A program made the position numbers and the translations under genes. A DNA stretch of 55,715 nt from Bacteroidales bacterium (GTDB lineage: Bacteria > Bacteroidota > Bacteroidia > Bacteroidales > Muribaculaceae): positions 14,074 to 69,788 of the forward strand of contig JAAVFK010000008.1 of the NCBI GenBank assembly GCA_014800785.1. Reading direction: 5' to 3'. How positions within the stretch are numbered: the stretch's first letter is position 1; every line of letters begins with the position of its first letter. Below, in pieces: positions 28,369-36,933 of the stretch. The notes under the pieces were generated by a model. The model had not been told where the DNA came from, did no database searches, and was given only the letters and a program-made list of their open reading frames with translations.

Positions 28369-28932
28369 TTAATGTAATTTCCAGATGCGGTATACGACCC
28401 AGCCGATCATTGCGAGACCCAGCAGGAACGCGGCGATATCAAGCCATGGAGGCGACACAGTCCGCGCCCGGCTTTGTTCATCGGCTGTGCGTGATAGTTC
28501 GGAATCGGTTCGTGAGACGGACTGCGACAGTGATTTTGTATTGTCGACGGTCGAATCATTGCGGGCGATGGTGCGCGTCTCTGACCGGGATCCTGAAGAA
28601 TTTGTGACAACATGCGGCCGATGAAATACGACCATGACCTGGGATCCGTCGGAGTCCCGGCTCAAGACGATCGAATCGGCCGAGAAAGAGGCCGCGGACG
28701 TTTCAAATATTGAGCGGTTAATCTCCATAAGCTCCGATCTGACAGCAACAGCCGAGGCGATGCTGTCAGAAACGGAGATTGAGAGAGAGGAAGAGCAGCT
28801 GTCAACAGACTCGGTCGAGTGAGTCGACACGCGGCGTGCGGCGCATCCAGTGCAAAGAACGAGTCCCAGCAGAAGGGTGCCCACGAGGAGAGAGAACAGA
28901 ATAATGTTATCTGTCGTATTCTTTGAGTTCAT
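28369..28932 (-). CDS. membrane protein with N-terminal lipoprotein signal and C-terminal TM helix (unimolecular-spanin-like)
   Basis: The N-terminus is LLVGTLLLGLVLCTGC (lipobox). A Ser-rich middle is followed by the C-terminal PPWLDIAAFLLGLAMIGWVVYRIW. The start overlaps the endolysin stop (ATGA). Confidence 0.5.
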   Translation of the reverse strand: MNSKNTTDNIILFSLLVGTLLLGLVLCTGCAARRVSTHSTESVDSCSSSLSISVSDSIASAVAVRSELMEINRSIFETSAASFSADSIVLSRDSDGSQVMVVFHRPHVVTNSSGSRSETRTIARNDSTVDNTKSLSQSVSRTDSELSRTADEQSRARTVSPPWLDIAAFLLGLAMIGWVVYRIWKLH

Positions 28933-29612
28933 AGGTTAGCATATTCAGATTTTGCATCGAAGCCCGGACAGGGCTTCGATGCAAATTCCCTGTGGCCATG
29001 AACCGACGCAGCGGGATATTTGCGTTTCAGTTCCCTGATAATAGAGCGTAGGGACTCCTTTTGGGCCGGTGTGCGTGTATCGAGTCCCACGTTCTGCCAG
29101 TTCGGGTTGGACCTTGGCGGACAACCGCCGCAATAGCACACGCCGATGGAGCGCGTATTGTGCCCGACCGTGTGCGCTCCGGCGTAATCCTCCGGGCGAC
29201 CCTTGAAGACTTTTCCGTTCGCGTCGATATACCAGTGATAGCCGATGTCGGACCATCCGTTGGCCAGATGCATCTGCCGGATCTGCTCTACCGTGAAATT
29301 CTCCCCTTGCGGGGTTGCGGTGTAGTGAACGATGATCTCGTCAACACGGCGTTTTGATGTCGGCTTTCCCGTAAGCGGGAAAGCCGATGACGAAGCCGAG
29401 TTGATCCATGTCTCGGCGCTCATGAGCGCCGACCAGGTACTTTGTCCGACGATGCCATCGGCGGCGAGTCCATGCGATCGCTGGAACTCCAGCACGGCCT
29501 CGAGAGTGAGGGCGCCGAAGATTCCGTCCGGATATAGATTGAGCAGGTTCTGGAGACGTTTCACGTCCTCGCCCCGAGAGCCCTTCTTAATTGTCTGCAT
29601 TTTCTGATTCAT
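28929..29612 (-). CDS. endolysin: peptidoglycan-binding domain plus N-acetylmuramoyl-L-alanine amidase (Amidase_2/PGRP type)
   Basis: RGEDVKRLQNLLNLYPDGIFGALTLEAVLEFQRSHGLAADGIVGQSTWSAL (PG_binding_1), then IIVHYTATP...GWSDIGYHWYIDANGKVFKGRP...GAHTVGHNTRSIGVCYCGG. Confidence 0.9.
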   Translation of the reverse strand: MNQKMQTIKKGSRGEDVKRLQNLLNLYPDGIFGALTLEAVLEFQRSHGLAADGIVGQSTWSALMSAETWINSASSSAFPLTGKPTSKRRVDEIIVHYTATPQGENFTVEQIRQMHLANGWSDIGYHWYIDANGKVFKGRPEDYAGAHTVGHNTRSIGVCYCGGCPPRSNPNWQNVGLDTRTPAQKESLRSIIRELKRKYPAASVHGHREFASKPCPGFDAKSEYANL

Positions 29613-29838
29613 TTAGGAGCATTGTTTCTTCTTCCAACTTTCGAGCCTCGTTATATTTCCGCTTCCACTCCTCGGCCTCCTCGGCCGAGATCTCGACCCA
29701 TTCCTCCGGGCTGTCGTTGCGACCGACGGCGACGACACTCGCGACGGTTCTCTTGAGTATGGGCACGTCCTCTCTCTCGGTCAGGAAGTGACCCTCGTCG
29801 GCAGTCAGCATTATAGTTGTAAATTCTTCGGTTTTCAT
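29587..29838 (-). CDS. hypothetical acidic phage protein (83 aa)
   Basis: The ATG at 29838 gives MKTEEFTTIMLTADEGHF.... The protein is not hydrophobic, so it is not a holin. It overlaps the endolysin start by 26 nt. Confidence 0.5.
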   Translation of the reverse strand: MKTEEFTTIMLTADEGHFLTEREDVPILKRTVASVVAVGRNDSPEEWVEISAEEAEEWKRKYNEARKLEEETMLLNESENADN

Positions 29839-29848
29839 ATTGTTTGGG

Positions 29849-30955
29849 TTATGTGAACGCGATTGTCCAGCCTTTTGAGGTTGCCTCCGCGATCTGTTCG
29901 TCATCCACTTTCTCGCGCACTCTTCCGCTCAATTTGAGGGTCATTGAGGTGTCAACCGGGACCAGAGCCTCAATTATGCGAGCGATGGAGGACGTTGTCA
30001 GCTTGACGCAGTAACCGAGATCGAGAGGCTTGTCGATATTTGTAAGACCTTGGATAATCTCCAGACTCTCGCAGTAGGTGAACATTAAGTCGCAGTTCGC
30101 GACGTTGCTCATGTCGAAATCATCAAACAGCGCGAATCTCAGAGCAGAGCAGGCGTTGAACATGGCGTATGTCGAAGTCCCGGTGCACGATTTGAGACTT
30201 TTTAAATCGGCTCTCTCCAGGGCCGAGCACTGATTGAACATGCCGCTGAAGTCCGTGACGTTCTGGGTATCGTTGAGCTCGGACGTCATGCTGACAGACT
30301 TGAGCCGCTTGCATCCGTAGAACATGCTCCCCATCGTCATGACGCTGCAAGTCTCGAATCCGGAGAGGTCCACTTCCTCGATGTCTGTCTGGTTGAACAT
30401 GCACGACATGTCGGTGACCTTGGAGGTGTCGACGCCGTCAAGGTTGACACGTCGCAGAGATTTGCACTCTCGGAACAGCCATTGCATCGTCACGACATTG
30501 CGCGTGATCATCATTGATAGATCCGCCTCCTTGAGGTTGACGGCTTTGTAAAACATATAGGCCATGTTCGTCATCTGCTCCGAGCAGTTGAGCGTCGGCA
30601 GATACTCGACGTCGGACTCCCGGAACATACTTGACATGGAGGTGAGCATCTGGAGATTCGGAAGGCGATAGATCGCCTTGACGTTTTTCGGGAACTGAAT
30701 TCCTGCTATGATGGCCGGGAGGACCTTCACCGGTGTAAGGCCATCCATAGGACCGAAGCTCGACGAAGAACCGGGATTCGACAGATACGGCCACGTTGTC
30801 CGTTCGTCGCTCTCGAAGAGCAGAATGTCGTTTGACTCAAGTTCCTCGCGGCAGTTCCACATCTGCCGGTCACCGATCGAGATGTTGCGGAGCGTCTTCG
30901 GCTGGCCGGGACGGGTCGTGCCGTTGGCAAGGCGAATTTCGTAAATCTGGCCCAT
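29849..30955 (-). CDS. BspA-type leucine-rich-repeat protein (receptor-binding candidate)
   Basis: Repeated ~22-25-aa units xMxxMFxxCxxLxxxDLSxFDTSxVT (MTNMAYMFYKAVNLKEADLS, VTDMSCMFNQTDIEEVDLSGFETCSVMTMGSMFYGCKRLKSV, ...). The ATG is at 30955, just downstream of the preceding gene's stop (30958). Confidence 0.8.
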   Translation of the reverse strand: MGQIYEIRLANGTTRPGQPKTLRNISIGDRQMWNCREELESNDILLFESDERTTWPYLSNPGSSSSFGPMDGLTPVKVLPAIIAGIQFPKNVKAIYRLPNLQMLTSMSSMFRESDVEYLPTLNCSEQMTNMAYMFYKAVNLKEADLSMMITRNVVTMQWLFRECKSLRRVNLDGVDTSKVTDMSCMFNQTDIEEVDLSGFETCSVMTMGSMFYGCKRLKSVSMTSELNDTQNVTDFSGMFNQCSALERADLKSLKSCTGTSTYAMFNACSALRFALFDDFDMSNVANCDLMFTYCESLEIIQGLTNIDKPLDLGYCVKLTTSSIARIIEALVPVDTSMTLKLSGRVREKVDDEQIAEATSKGWTIAFT

Positions 30956-30957
30956 AA

Positions 30958-31245
30958 TCAGTAGATGACATAGAGTTTGTTCCCCTCGGCCTCGCGATCG
31001 AGCTCGAGGTATTGCTTGTAGGTCCCCATCCACACCTGCGCCCCTTCCTGATTGGCGACGATCGAGAGTGCGGTCAGAAGGTTCGAGAGCCCCATCTGTT
31101 CTTTGATCGCTTCGAGCTCTGTGGCGATGTTCCCTCCCATTTCATCGAGGGCTCCGATCATCCCTCCCTCGGCGGTGACGATCCGTTCGTCGACCTGTTC
31201 GAGCGCGGTCTTCAACCCCTCGCTGTTGATTGCTTTTTCGGCCAT
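30958..31245 (-). CDS. hypothetical phage protein (95 aa)
   Basis: ATG start, tight spacing with neighbouring genes and helical composition. Confidence 0.55.
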   Translation of the reverse strand: MAEKAINSEGLKTALEQVDERIVTAEGGMIGALDEMGGNIATELEAIKEQMGLSNLLTALSIVANQEGAQVWMGTYKQYLELDREAEGNKLYVIY

Positions 31246-31272
31246 CTCAAAATAATTGAGTTAGGGAAATTG

Positions 31273-31316
31273 CGGGGGCGCCTCTCAATCTGAAATCTAA
31301 AAAACAGGCGCCCCCG
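31273..31316. other. 10-bp G+C-rich inverted repeat with 24-nt loop between fibre-cluster genes
   Basis: CGGGGGCGCC (31273-31282) pairs with GGCGCCCCCG (31307-31316). Confidence 0.5.
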
Positions 31317-31322
31317 GGTTAA

Positions 31323-31859
31323 TTACTTCAATGTCTCGGCGCAGATGGCGAGAATCTCGGCCTCGGTGGCGAACTGATAGTCCTCGATCTTGAGGAACTC
31401 CTCGTCAGCCTCGGTCTTGGTGTATACGTCAGCCGTGTTGGCCTTCTTGCCGATCTCAGCGGTCAGGGTTGCCGAGAGGTTCGCATCTTCGCCCAGGGCG
31501 TCGGCGATCTCCTTGAGGGTGTCGAGAGTTTCCGGAGCGCCACCTACGATCTCGGTGATCTTGGAGTCGACATAGGTCTTCTCGGCGATCTTGTCGGTGT
31601 CGACCGAAACTGTGCCTGAGGCAGCCTTGAGGCCGGTTCCGGCTTTCATCACACCGGCCGTCGTAGCCGAGGCAGTGTTTACATTGAGCGAACCGTCAGC
31701 GCCGACGGTCATGTTCGTTCCGGGTTTCACGATACCGGGCACGGTTGCTGATGCGATCGGAGCCGAGACGGCTGCGGCCTGCTCCTTGATTCGATCGTTG
31801 ATTTTGACGAGCGCGGCCTGGAATATATCCGCGCTCAGGGCTTTCTTAATTTCTGCCAT
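31323..31859 (-). CDS. tail-fibre-like protein
   Basis: TVPGIVKPGTNMTVGADGSLNVNTASATTAGVMKAGTGLKAASGTVSVD followed by YVDSKITEIVGGAPETLDTLKEIADALGED. The latter motif is common in phage tail-fibre shafts. Confidence 0.55.
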   Translation of the reverse strand: MAEIKKALSADIFQAALVKINDRIKEQAAAVSAPIASATVPGIVKPGTNMTVGADGSLNVNTASATTAGVMKAGTGLKAASGTVSVDTDKIAEKTYVDSKITEIVGGAPETLDTLKEIADALGEDANLSATLTAEIGKKANTADVYTKTEADEEFLKIEDYQFATEAEILAICAETLK

Positions 31860-31895
31860 GATTTTTGTGTTTAGTGATTAATAAAAAATGGTTGG

Positions 31896-32387
31896 TTATT
31901 TAAGATTGTCAAACATTGCGTCGAGTTCTTCGAGCGACATGAACTCTATATTGCCATCACCCGGAGGGCCCGGGGGTCCCTGAGGGCCGGGATCCCCTTT
32001 CTCGCCCTTTGCCATTGGGATCGCGAGCGACAGGTCAAGTTTCGACGGTGGATCCGACGGACCTTCAACGAGAAAGATCGGACGGTCACACATGGCGATC
32101 ACGCGTTCCGATTGGTCGGCCATATCCGCCGACGGGATCATGGCCTCGAAAGAAACCGAGAGTTTGCCCGGCAATAGGCCGTGATTGTCTGCGAAGACGA
32201 GCAGACGGTCACGATCTGCGGCCATATTCACCAATTGTCCGTCGATACGTCCGGCGGTGAAGACCTTAGCGCCCGACGTCTTGAGAAGGATTCTGAAATC
32301 ATAATCCGGCACGCCGATTTGGGCACCCGCGGCGTCGTAAAGCCGGATGTAGATTTTCAGATCATCCCTGTAATGTTTTCGTATCAT
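31896..32387 (-). CDS. phage protein with C-terminal collagen-like G-X-Y tract
   Basis: GEKGDPGPQGPPGPPGDG lies near the C-terminus. Confidence 0.6.
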   Translation of the reverse strand: MIRKHYRDDLKIYIRLYDAAGAQIGVPDYDFRILLKTSGAKVFTAGRIDGQLVNMAADRDRLLVFADNHGLLPGKLSVSFEAMIPSADMADQSERVIAMCDRPIFLVEGPSDPPSKLDLSLAIPMAKGEKGDPGPQGPPGPPGDGNIEFMSLEELDAMFDNLK

Positions 32388-32862
32388 TGTTCAAATATTC
32401 CGGTTCGATGTAGGGGACCTTGTGCTCCTGTTCCGGCTCACGAACTCCGCAGTCCTTGAACTCTTTTTTACAAAGCCAGTTCTTGAGGAACTGGTTGAGC
32501 AACCGCAGACGGGCCGACTCTCGCTGTTCCTGGAGAAGATCACTCTGAGACTTGGCCAGCGCGTCCTGCGTCTTTCTAAGGCGCTGCGTCTGCTCTTCAT
32601 ATCGCGCGTCTGAAACGGCCCTCTGCTCGGTCAGTTCCTTGATATGGTTGTTGGCGATCTCCTGGGTTCGGTGCATCTGGTCGAGTTCCGCCTGATATCG
32701 CTCGAACTGGGCCTTGTCTTCGGAGAGCTCCGCGATTTTTGCGTTGGCCTCGGCCAGGCGGGCCTCGGCCGCGCTTTTGCGCCTTGACGACTTGAGCAAC
32801 ATCCCCAGTCCACCGGCGGTGAAGAATGTTGTGACGATTGAAAGAATGAAATTTAAATCCAT
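32362..32862 (-). CDS. membrane-anchored coiled-coil phage protein
   Basis: N-terminal TM segment LNFILSIVTTFFTAGGLGMLL, then a heptad-rich region (AEARLAEANAKIAELSEDKAQFERYQAELDQ...). Confidence 0.55.
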   Translation of the reverse strand: MDLNFILSIVTTFFTAGGLGMLLKSSRRKSAAEARLAEANAKIAELSEDKAQFERYQAELDQMHRTQEIANNHIKELTEQRAVSDARYEEQTQRLRKTQDALAKSQSDLLQEQRESARLRLLNQFLKNWLCKKEFKDCGVREPEQEHKVPYIEPEYLNNDTKTLQG

Positions 32863-32891
32863 GGGGAGAGAGGTTGAAAAATGGGTTAGTA

Positions 32892-32923
32892 TTTGTCAGT
32901 CATTAAAAAAAGTATTATATTTG
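32892..32923 (+). promoter_or_regulatory. complete Bacteroidota-type promoter (-33 TTTG, -7 TATATTTG) antisense to the phage late genes
   Basis: TTTG at 32892-32895 and TATATTTG at 32916-32923, separated by 20 nt. It lies in the gap between two - strand genes. Confidence 0.5.
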
Positions 32924-32929
32924 CAATGT

Positions 32930-33071
32930 AGTTGGGCCTATGCTAAATTTATTGCGAGGCACTCGGAAGGGCAAAAACAGGCTTCGTTCGCGAGCTTTGT
33001 CCATCCCGCAGAAGGTATGAGCTTGCTTTTAGCGCTACCTCCTCCGACACGAAACCGTGCCGGATTTTTTT
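32930..33071 (+). ncRNA. candidate ~140-nt small RNA (promoter-to-terminator unit, no convincing ORF)
   Basis: Delimited by the promoter above and the terminator at 33043-33071. The only ATG-initiated frame encodes 26 aa (32940-33020). Confidence 0.35.
33043..33071 (+). terminator. intrinsic terminator on the + strand
   Basis: 9-bp stem TCCGACACG/CGTGCCGGA (one A.C mismatch), loop AAAC, followed by seven T. Confidence 0.65.
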
Positions 33072-33084
33072 GTGCCCTCCCGAT

Positions 33085-34311
33085 TCATTTCTTCACGGTG
33101 AGCATGAATCGGGCGTCGACCCCATCCTCGAATCTATCGGAAGCGAACGCCTCGATCTCGAACGGGATAAGCGGCGTAATCATGTTGGCCGGTGAGAGGC
33201 GCGCTTTGCCGTGCTCGTGAGGCAGACCGAACGCCAGAGCGAATGTGAAACGCTTGCGTTTGTTCTCCGATATCTCATATCGATGGCCATTGAAAACGAC
33301 TCTATTTTTGGCTATCTTCAGGAACGATCGGGCCGAGGCCGAGTATGTGGAAGACTTCTCATGTAACCGATAACGCGGGATGGTAGAGAAATAGAGACGT
33401 CCCTTGCCAATCCTTATCGTGTGACGCGATCCGACGACATGCCACCCGGCCCGGCGCTCACAAGCCGGTTTCTTGTCCGGGTTCCCCCTATCGCGATAGG
33501 GGTTGCGGCGGTTCACGCGGCAAAGCAGATATGGGACGAGACCCAACTTGGCGAATCGGTCATAACCGAGGACAAGGAGCTGCCCCTTTTCGATCATCAG
33601 CCCGAGATTGACCGAAGCCAGCGACACGGCGCGCTCCGCTTTCGCATCAGCCGAAGAGGCGAGACTGCCGTTTCGGCTGATCTGCGCATACATTTCCGGT
33701 AAATTCTTCCTGAGCTGAGACACGAACGTGTTGTTGTCCGACTCCAGATTTCCGGCAAAACTGTTACCGGCAAGACCGTCAGCGCCGGCTCCGATCCATA
33801 CCGACATATCGGCCAGACAGACGAACACCTTGTCCCGATGGGGAAGATGGTCGGCGTCGGCATACTTCGATTCGGGCCAGTATTCATAGAGGAGCGGGGC
33901 ACCGCTCGAGAGGCTGAGCCCCTGCTCGACAACCTGAAGATAGAAACGTTTTGACCCCCTGTCATAGACAACCGTCCGGCCCTGTTCCGGGTCCCGTCCG
34001 AGTGATGTTCCGGACTGAGCGAAGCGTTCCGCTCCGGAGAGCTCGACGACTTCGTCGAAGAGCGCAACGCCCACTGCGTCCAGATTCGAGAGCTCGCCCG
34101 AGGCGGCGAGCAGTTTCGACAGAGAGTCCGAGAGATCCGCAACGTCGGCGGCCACCTCCCGCACATCCGAGCGCAGCTCATCGATATTATGTTCCGAAGC
34201 CGCGGACTCCGAGAGACCCAGGATCTCGAGTAATATTCCCGATATCTGCGCCGGTGTGATGGAATCGCGGGCGTTCTGGCGCCCCAGGGCTTGAATTGTA
34301 TCGCGTAACAT
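33085..34311 (-). CDS. hypothetical phage structural protein (408 aa)
   Basis: Long ATG-initiated ORF in the late operon with no recognisable motif. Confidence 0.6.
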   Translation of the reverse strand: MLRDTIQALGRQNARDSITPAQISGILLEILGLSESAASEHNIDELRSDVREVAADVADLSDSLSKLLAASGELSNLDAVGVALFDEVVELSGAERFAQSGTSLGRDPEQGRTVVYDRGSKRFYLQVVEQGLSLSSGAPLLYEYWPESKYADADHLPHRDKVFVCLADMSVWIGAGADGLAGNSFAGNLESDNNTFVSQLRKNLPEMYAQISRNGSLASSADAKAERAVSLASVNLGLMIEKGQLLVLGYDRFAKLGLVPYLLCRVNRRNPYRDRGNPDKKPACERRAGWHVVGSRHTIRIGKGRLYFSTIPRYRLHEKSSTYSASARSFLKIAKNRVVFNGHRYEISENKRKRFTFALAFGLPHEHGKARLSPANMITPLIPFEIEAFASDRFEDGVDARFMLTVKK

Positions 34312-34392
34312 TAAAGTTTCACTTTAAGGTTGTTAAATCGTCATTTATCAAAAAAAGCTAAAGTATCGGTTTAAGAATCGGCCCGGAACCCA

Positions 34393-34830
34393 TCATGGAG
34401 AGCCGAATTCAAGAATCAGATCTTTCGTCAGGGCGTTGGATATAATCTGCGTCGCATCGCGCCCGATGTTCTCCTCGTAGAATTCCTTCAGGTTCATGTA
34501 TGACGAGAAGTGTTTGCGTGAGAACCACCGCTTTCGGCGGCGTGTGTTGTCTCGTCCGAGGTCACCGCCGTTACCGCGCCATGTGTTCCGGCCGGTTCCC
34601 GCGTCGACAAATACGCCGTAACGGAGGAACGACCACTGCATCTCCGTGCTCAGCGCCTGCGGGCCGACCGAGAAAACGCCGTTTTGAATCGACGTGTAGA
34701 GCGCGCCCGTATCGAAAGCCCGTGTGAGCATCACCCGGTCTTTCCAGATTCTGGCCATTGTCGAATAGAACGCGGTCAGGTACTTCTCGCGCGCCGTCTC
34801 ACTCCTCGTGGGTCCATTGTCGCGGGTCAT
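34393..34830 (-). CDS. hypothetical phage protein (145 aa)
   Basis: The ATG at 34830 overlaps the upstream gene by 32 nt. An alternative ATG lies at 34758. Confidence 0.5.
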   Translation of the reverse strand: MTRDNGPTRSETAREKYLTAFYSTMARIWKDRVMLTRAFDTGALYTSIQNGVFSVGPQALSTEMQWSFLRYGVFVDAGTGRNTWRGNGGDLGRDNTRRRKRWFSRKHFSSYMNLKEFYEENIGRDATQIISNALTKDLILEFGSP

Positions 34831-35314
34831 ATCTCAGATCATTGAACACGTCGAATGCGAGCGAGAAATGCGCGCACGCCGCGCCGGTGAAGAAATATCG
34901 GTCGATCTCCTGAAATGTGATTCTCTCGTCGAGATAGATCCGGTTCTGCTCCAGGCGTGTCCGTTCCTGAATCAAGACGGACATGAACTGGTTGAAGATC
35001 TCGTGCATGAGATCGAACGCGCGGTTGCGCGCCTGCTGGTCGTCCGGGTCGTGACGCATGGCCATGAATACGGTCTTCACGCGGCGTGTCGAAGGTGTCG
35101 GGTTAATCTGCGTATATCCGTCGGCCGTATCAGATACGGCCACGAAAGCCACGTCATCGAGAGCGGCCGCAAGCGCTTCCTCGAAACCCGCCAGCCCCGA
35201 CACGGTCCGGAACGCAAACCCATTGCGTCGGCACATGATGTTGCGTGCCGTGAGATCACGGAAAAAATCGTTGGCCGACCAGCGGCCGTTATGTTTTTTC
35301 CCGGTTATCTTCAT
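34799..35314 (-). CDS. hypothetical phage protein (171 aa)
   Basis: The ATG at 35314 forms an ATGA overlap with the stop of the upstream gene. The listed longer ORF start (35386) is unlikely. Confidence 0.55.
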   Translation of the reverse strand: MKITGKKHNGRWSANDFFRDLTARNIMCRRNGFAFRTVSGLAGFEEALAAALDDVAFVAVSDTADGYTQINPTPSTRRVKTVFMAMRHDPDDQQARNRAFDLMHEIFNQFMSVLIQERTRLEQNRIYLDERITFQEIDRYFFTGAACAHFSLAFDVFNDLRYDPRQWTHEE

Positions 35315-36114
35315 GACTTGGTCTGTTGTTTGATTTCCCGGTATTCCCGAGCCTTGGCGTTCAGTTCGGTGAATGCCCGGTGACAATCGAGATCGAGCAC
35401 CGCGCGTTCCTTGGTTGGATCTCCACCAGTCAGGGCGCGGAGCTGAGAATCGATTGCCCCCTGAATATCGGGAACCGCCGGAGCCAGCGCGTCCGGATCC
35501 TGTACCTGCCGGAAGAACTCCGGCCAGCGTGCCGAGAAATGGAGCTTGAGCGACATAAACCAGAAGAACACGGCCATTGTCATGGCCGGCGTCACACGTT
35601 TAGCCGAGCACCGGTAGAGCGTCTGCGCCAGTTCTATGATCAGCGACTCGTCCTGAGTCTGCAGATAGCCCTGGTACAGATTGTCGCAGACAATGAACTG
35701 TTCGAGCGACACGCCCGACAGGTCAGCCGGCAGCGCCGAAGTCTTACGCCCGAAACATTGCGGTCGCACCGGATATGCCGCCGGGCGGTCAAAGAAATCG
35801 ATGTGCGACTGGATCTCTGCCAGCTTCGAGGCCTTGATCTGAAAAAACACTTTGTGCCGTCCTCCATAATCCCGGCGCTGCGCCTTGGTGAGTTTCTTTT
35901 CAAAAATCCAGTTTCCGTCGTCATTTCGTCCGACAACCGAGAGGCCGTTGACGGCCAGAAGGAATCTGGTCTTGATCTCACCGGGACAATACATTTTCGA
36001 CGGATCGACCGAGGCCATGAGGTTGAAGAAGAGCACCAGCTGACGCTCCGTGCACGACTCCCATGAGGTCGGGAGCGTGAAATCTATTTTATTTTCGAGT
36101 ACAGAATCTGCCAT
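35311..36114 (-). CDS. hypothetical phage protein (267 aa)
   Basis: ATG start, located in the head-completion region downstream of the portal candidate. Confidence 0.6.
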   Translation of the reverse strand: MADSVLENKIDFTLPTSWESCTERQLVLFFNLMASVDPSKMYCPGEIKTRFLLAVNGLSVVGRNDDGNWIFEKKLTKAQRRDYGGRHKVFFQIKASKLAEIQSHIDFFDRPAAYPVRPQCFGRKTSALPADLSGVSLEQFIVCDNLYQGYLQTQDESLIIELAQTLYRCSAKRVTPAMTMAVFFWFMSLKLHFSARWPEFFRQVQDPDALAPAVPDIQGAIDSQLRALTGGDPTKERAVLDLDCHRAFTELNAKAREYREIKQQTKS

Positions 36115-36120
36115 GATCGT

Positions 36121-36933
36121 TTAGAAAAAATAACCTCCGCTTTTCCTGGAGTTCCGGAAGGGCTCGACCCTGAACAGGGCCTTGAGCTCCGAGGCGTGCC
36201 ACTCCGGGAACTCTTCCGGACAATCGCGGATTATATTGACGATATCGAAATTGTGAATCTTAGACACGTTCCCGTGAATGACCGCGTCTACCACGAGCGC
36301 TATCTGCGCTGCCACCTGCCGGCGCATCGGTGAGCCGGTGCCCGACTGCCGCTCCAGACGGAGAGCGTCCATCAGCTGCGCCGAATAGAAAGAGACGGCG
36401 AGATTGGTTTCTACCGAGACGGCGAGTTTTGAATCTTCGTACCACTCCTCCAGGCGTGACAATTCCGGGCGTAGCCGGAAAGGTGAGAGCGTGAAGAAGA
36501 GCGAGCGGCGAAAGAACTTCGCCTGCTCGGTTTGGGTCCAACCCTTTATTTTGTGGGCCGTTCTGAGGAAATGGTCGAGAGCGTCATCCCTGCGGTCGGC
36601 CATCGAGCGCACGAGCGCCTCGGTTCTGTGGGCCGAAGCTACGGCGATCGTGTCGTTACCCAAAGTCGCGAACCCGTTGGGTGTGAGCACCAGGTCGAGC
36701 GCCGGCACGGCACGTCGGATTGTCTCGGCGCCGACAATTTTGCGGATGTCAGCAATATGGTCGGCCGGCATCCGGTCGAGCATTGAGAGTGGACACACGG
36801 TCGAATCTACCCAGGCCTCGGCCTCGTCGACAAACGGGGCGAGCTTTGTCAGATATGGCGAAGTTCCCGGCGCTTCCCTCAGAACGTTCGGGAGAAACGA
36901 CTTCAGTTCATCAGTTGAGGAAAATAGTATCAT
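36121..36933 (-). CDS. hypothetical phage protein (270 aa)
   Basis: ATGA overlap with the portal candidate's stop. Confidence 0.6.
   Translation of the reverse strand: MILFSSTDELKSFLPNVLREAPGTSPYLTKLAPFVDEAEAWVDSTVCPLSMLDRMPADHIADIRKIVGAETIRRAVPALDLVLTPNGFATLGNDTIAVASAHRTEALVRSMADRRDDALDHFLRTAHKIKGWTQTEQAKFFRRSLFFTLSPFRLRPELSRLEEWYEDSKLAVSVETNLAVSFYSAQLMDALRLERQSGTGSPMRRQVAAQIALVVDAVIHGNVSKIHNFDIVNIIRDCPEEFPEWHASELKALFRVEPFRNSRKSGGYFF

Noticed and set aside
32714-33220. 168-aa + strand ORF spanning the antisense transcription unit.
   Set aside because: It begins inside and antisense to the 166-aa gene, upstream of the + strand promoter, and it runs through the + strand terminator. Only the 26-aa frame lies within the promoter-terminator unit.
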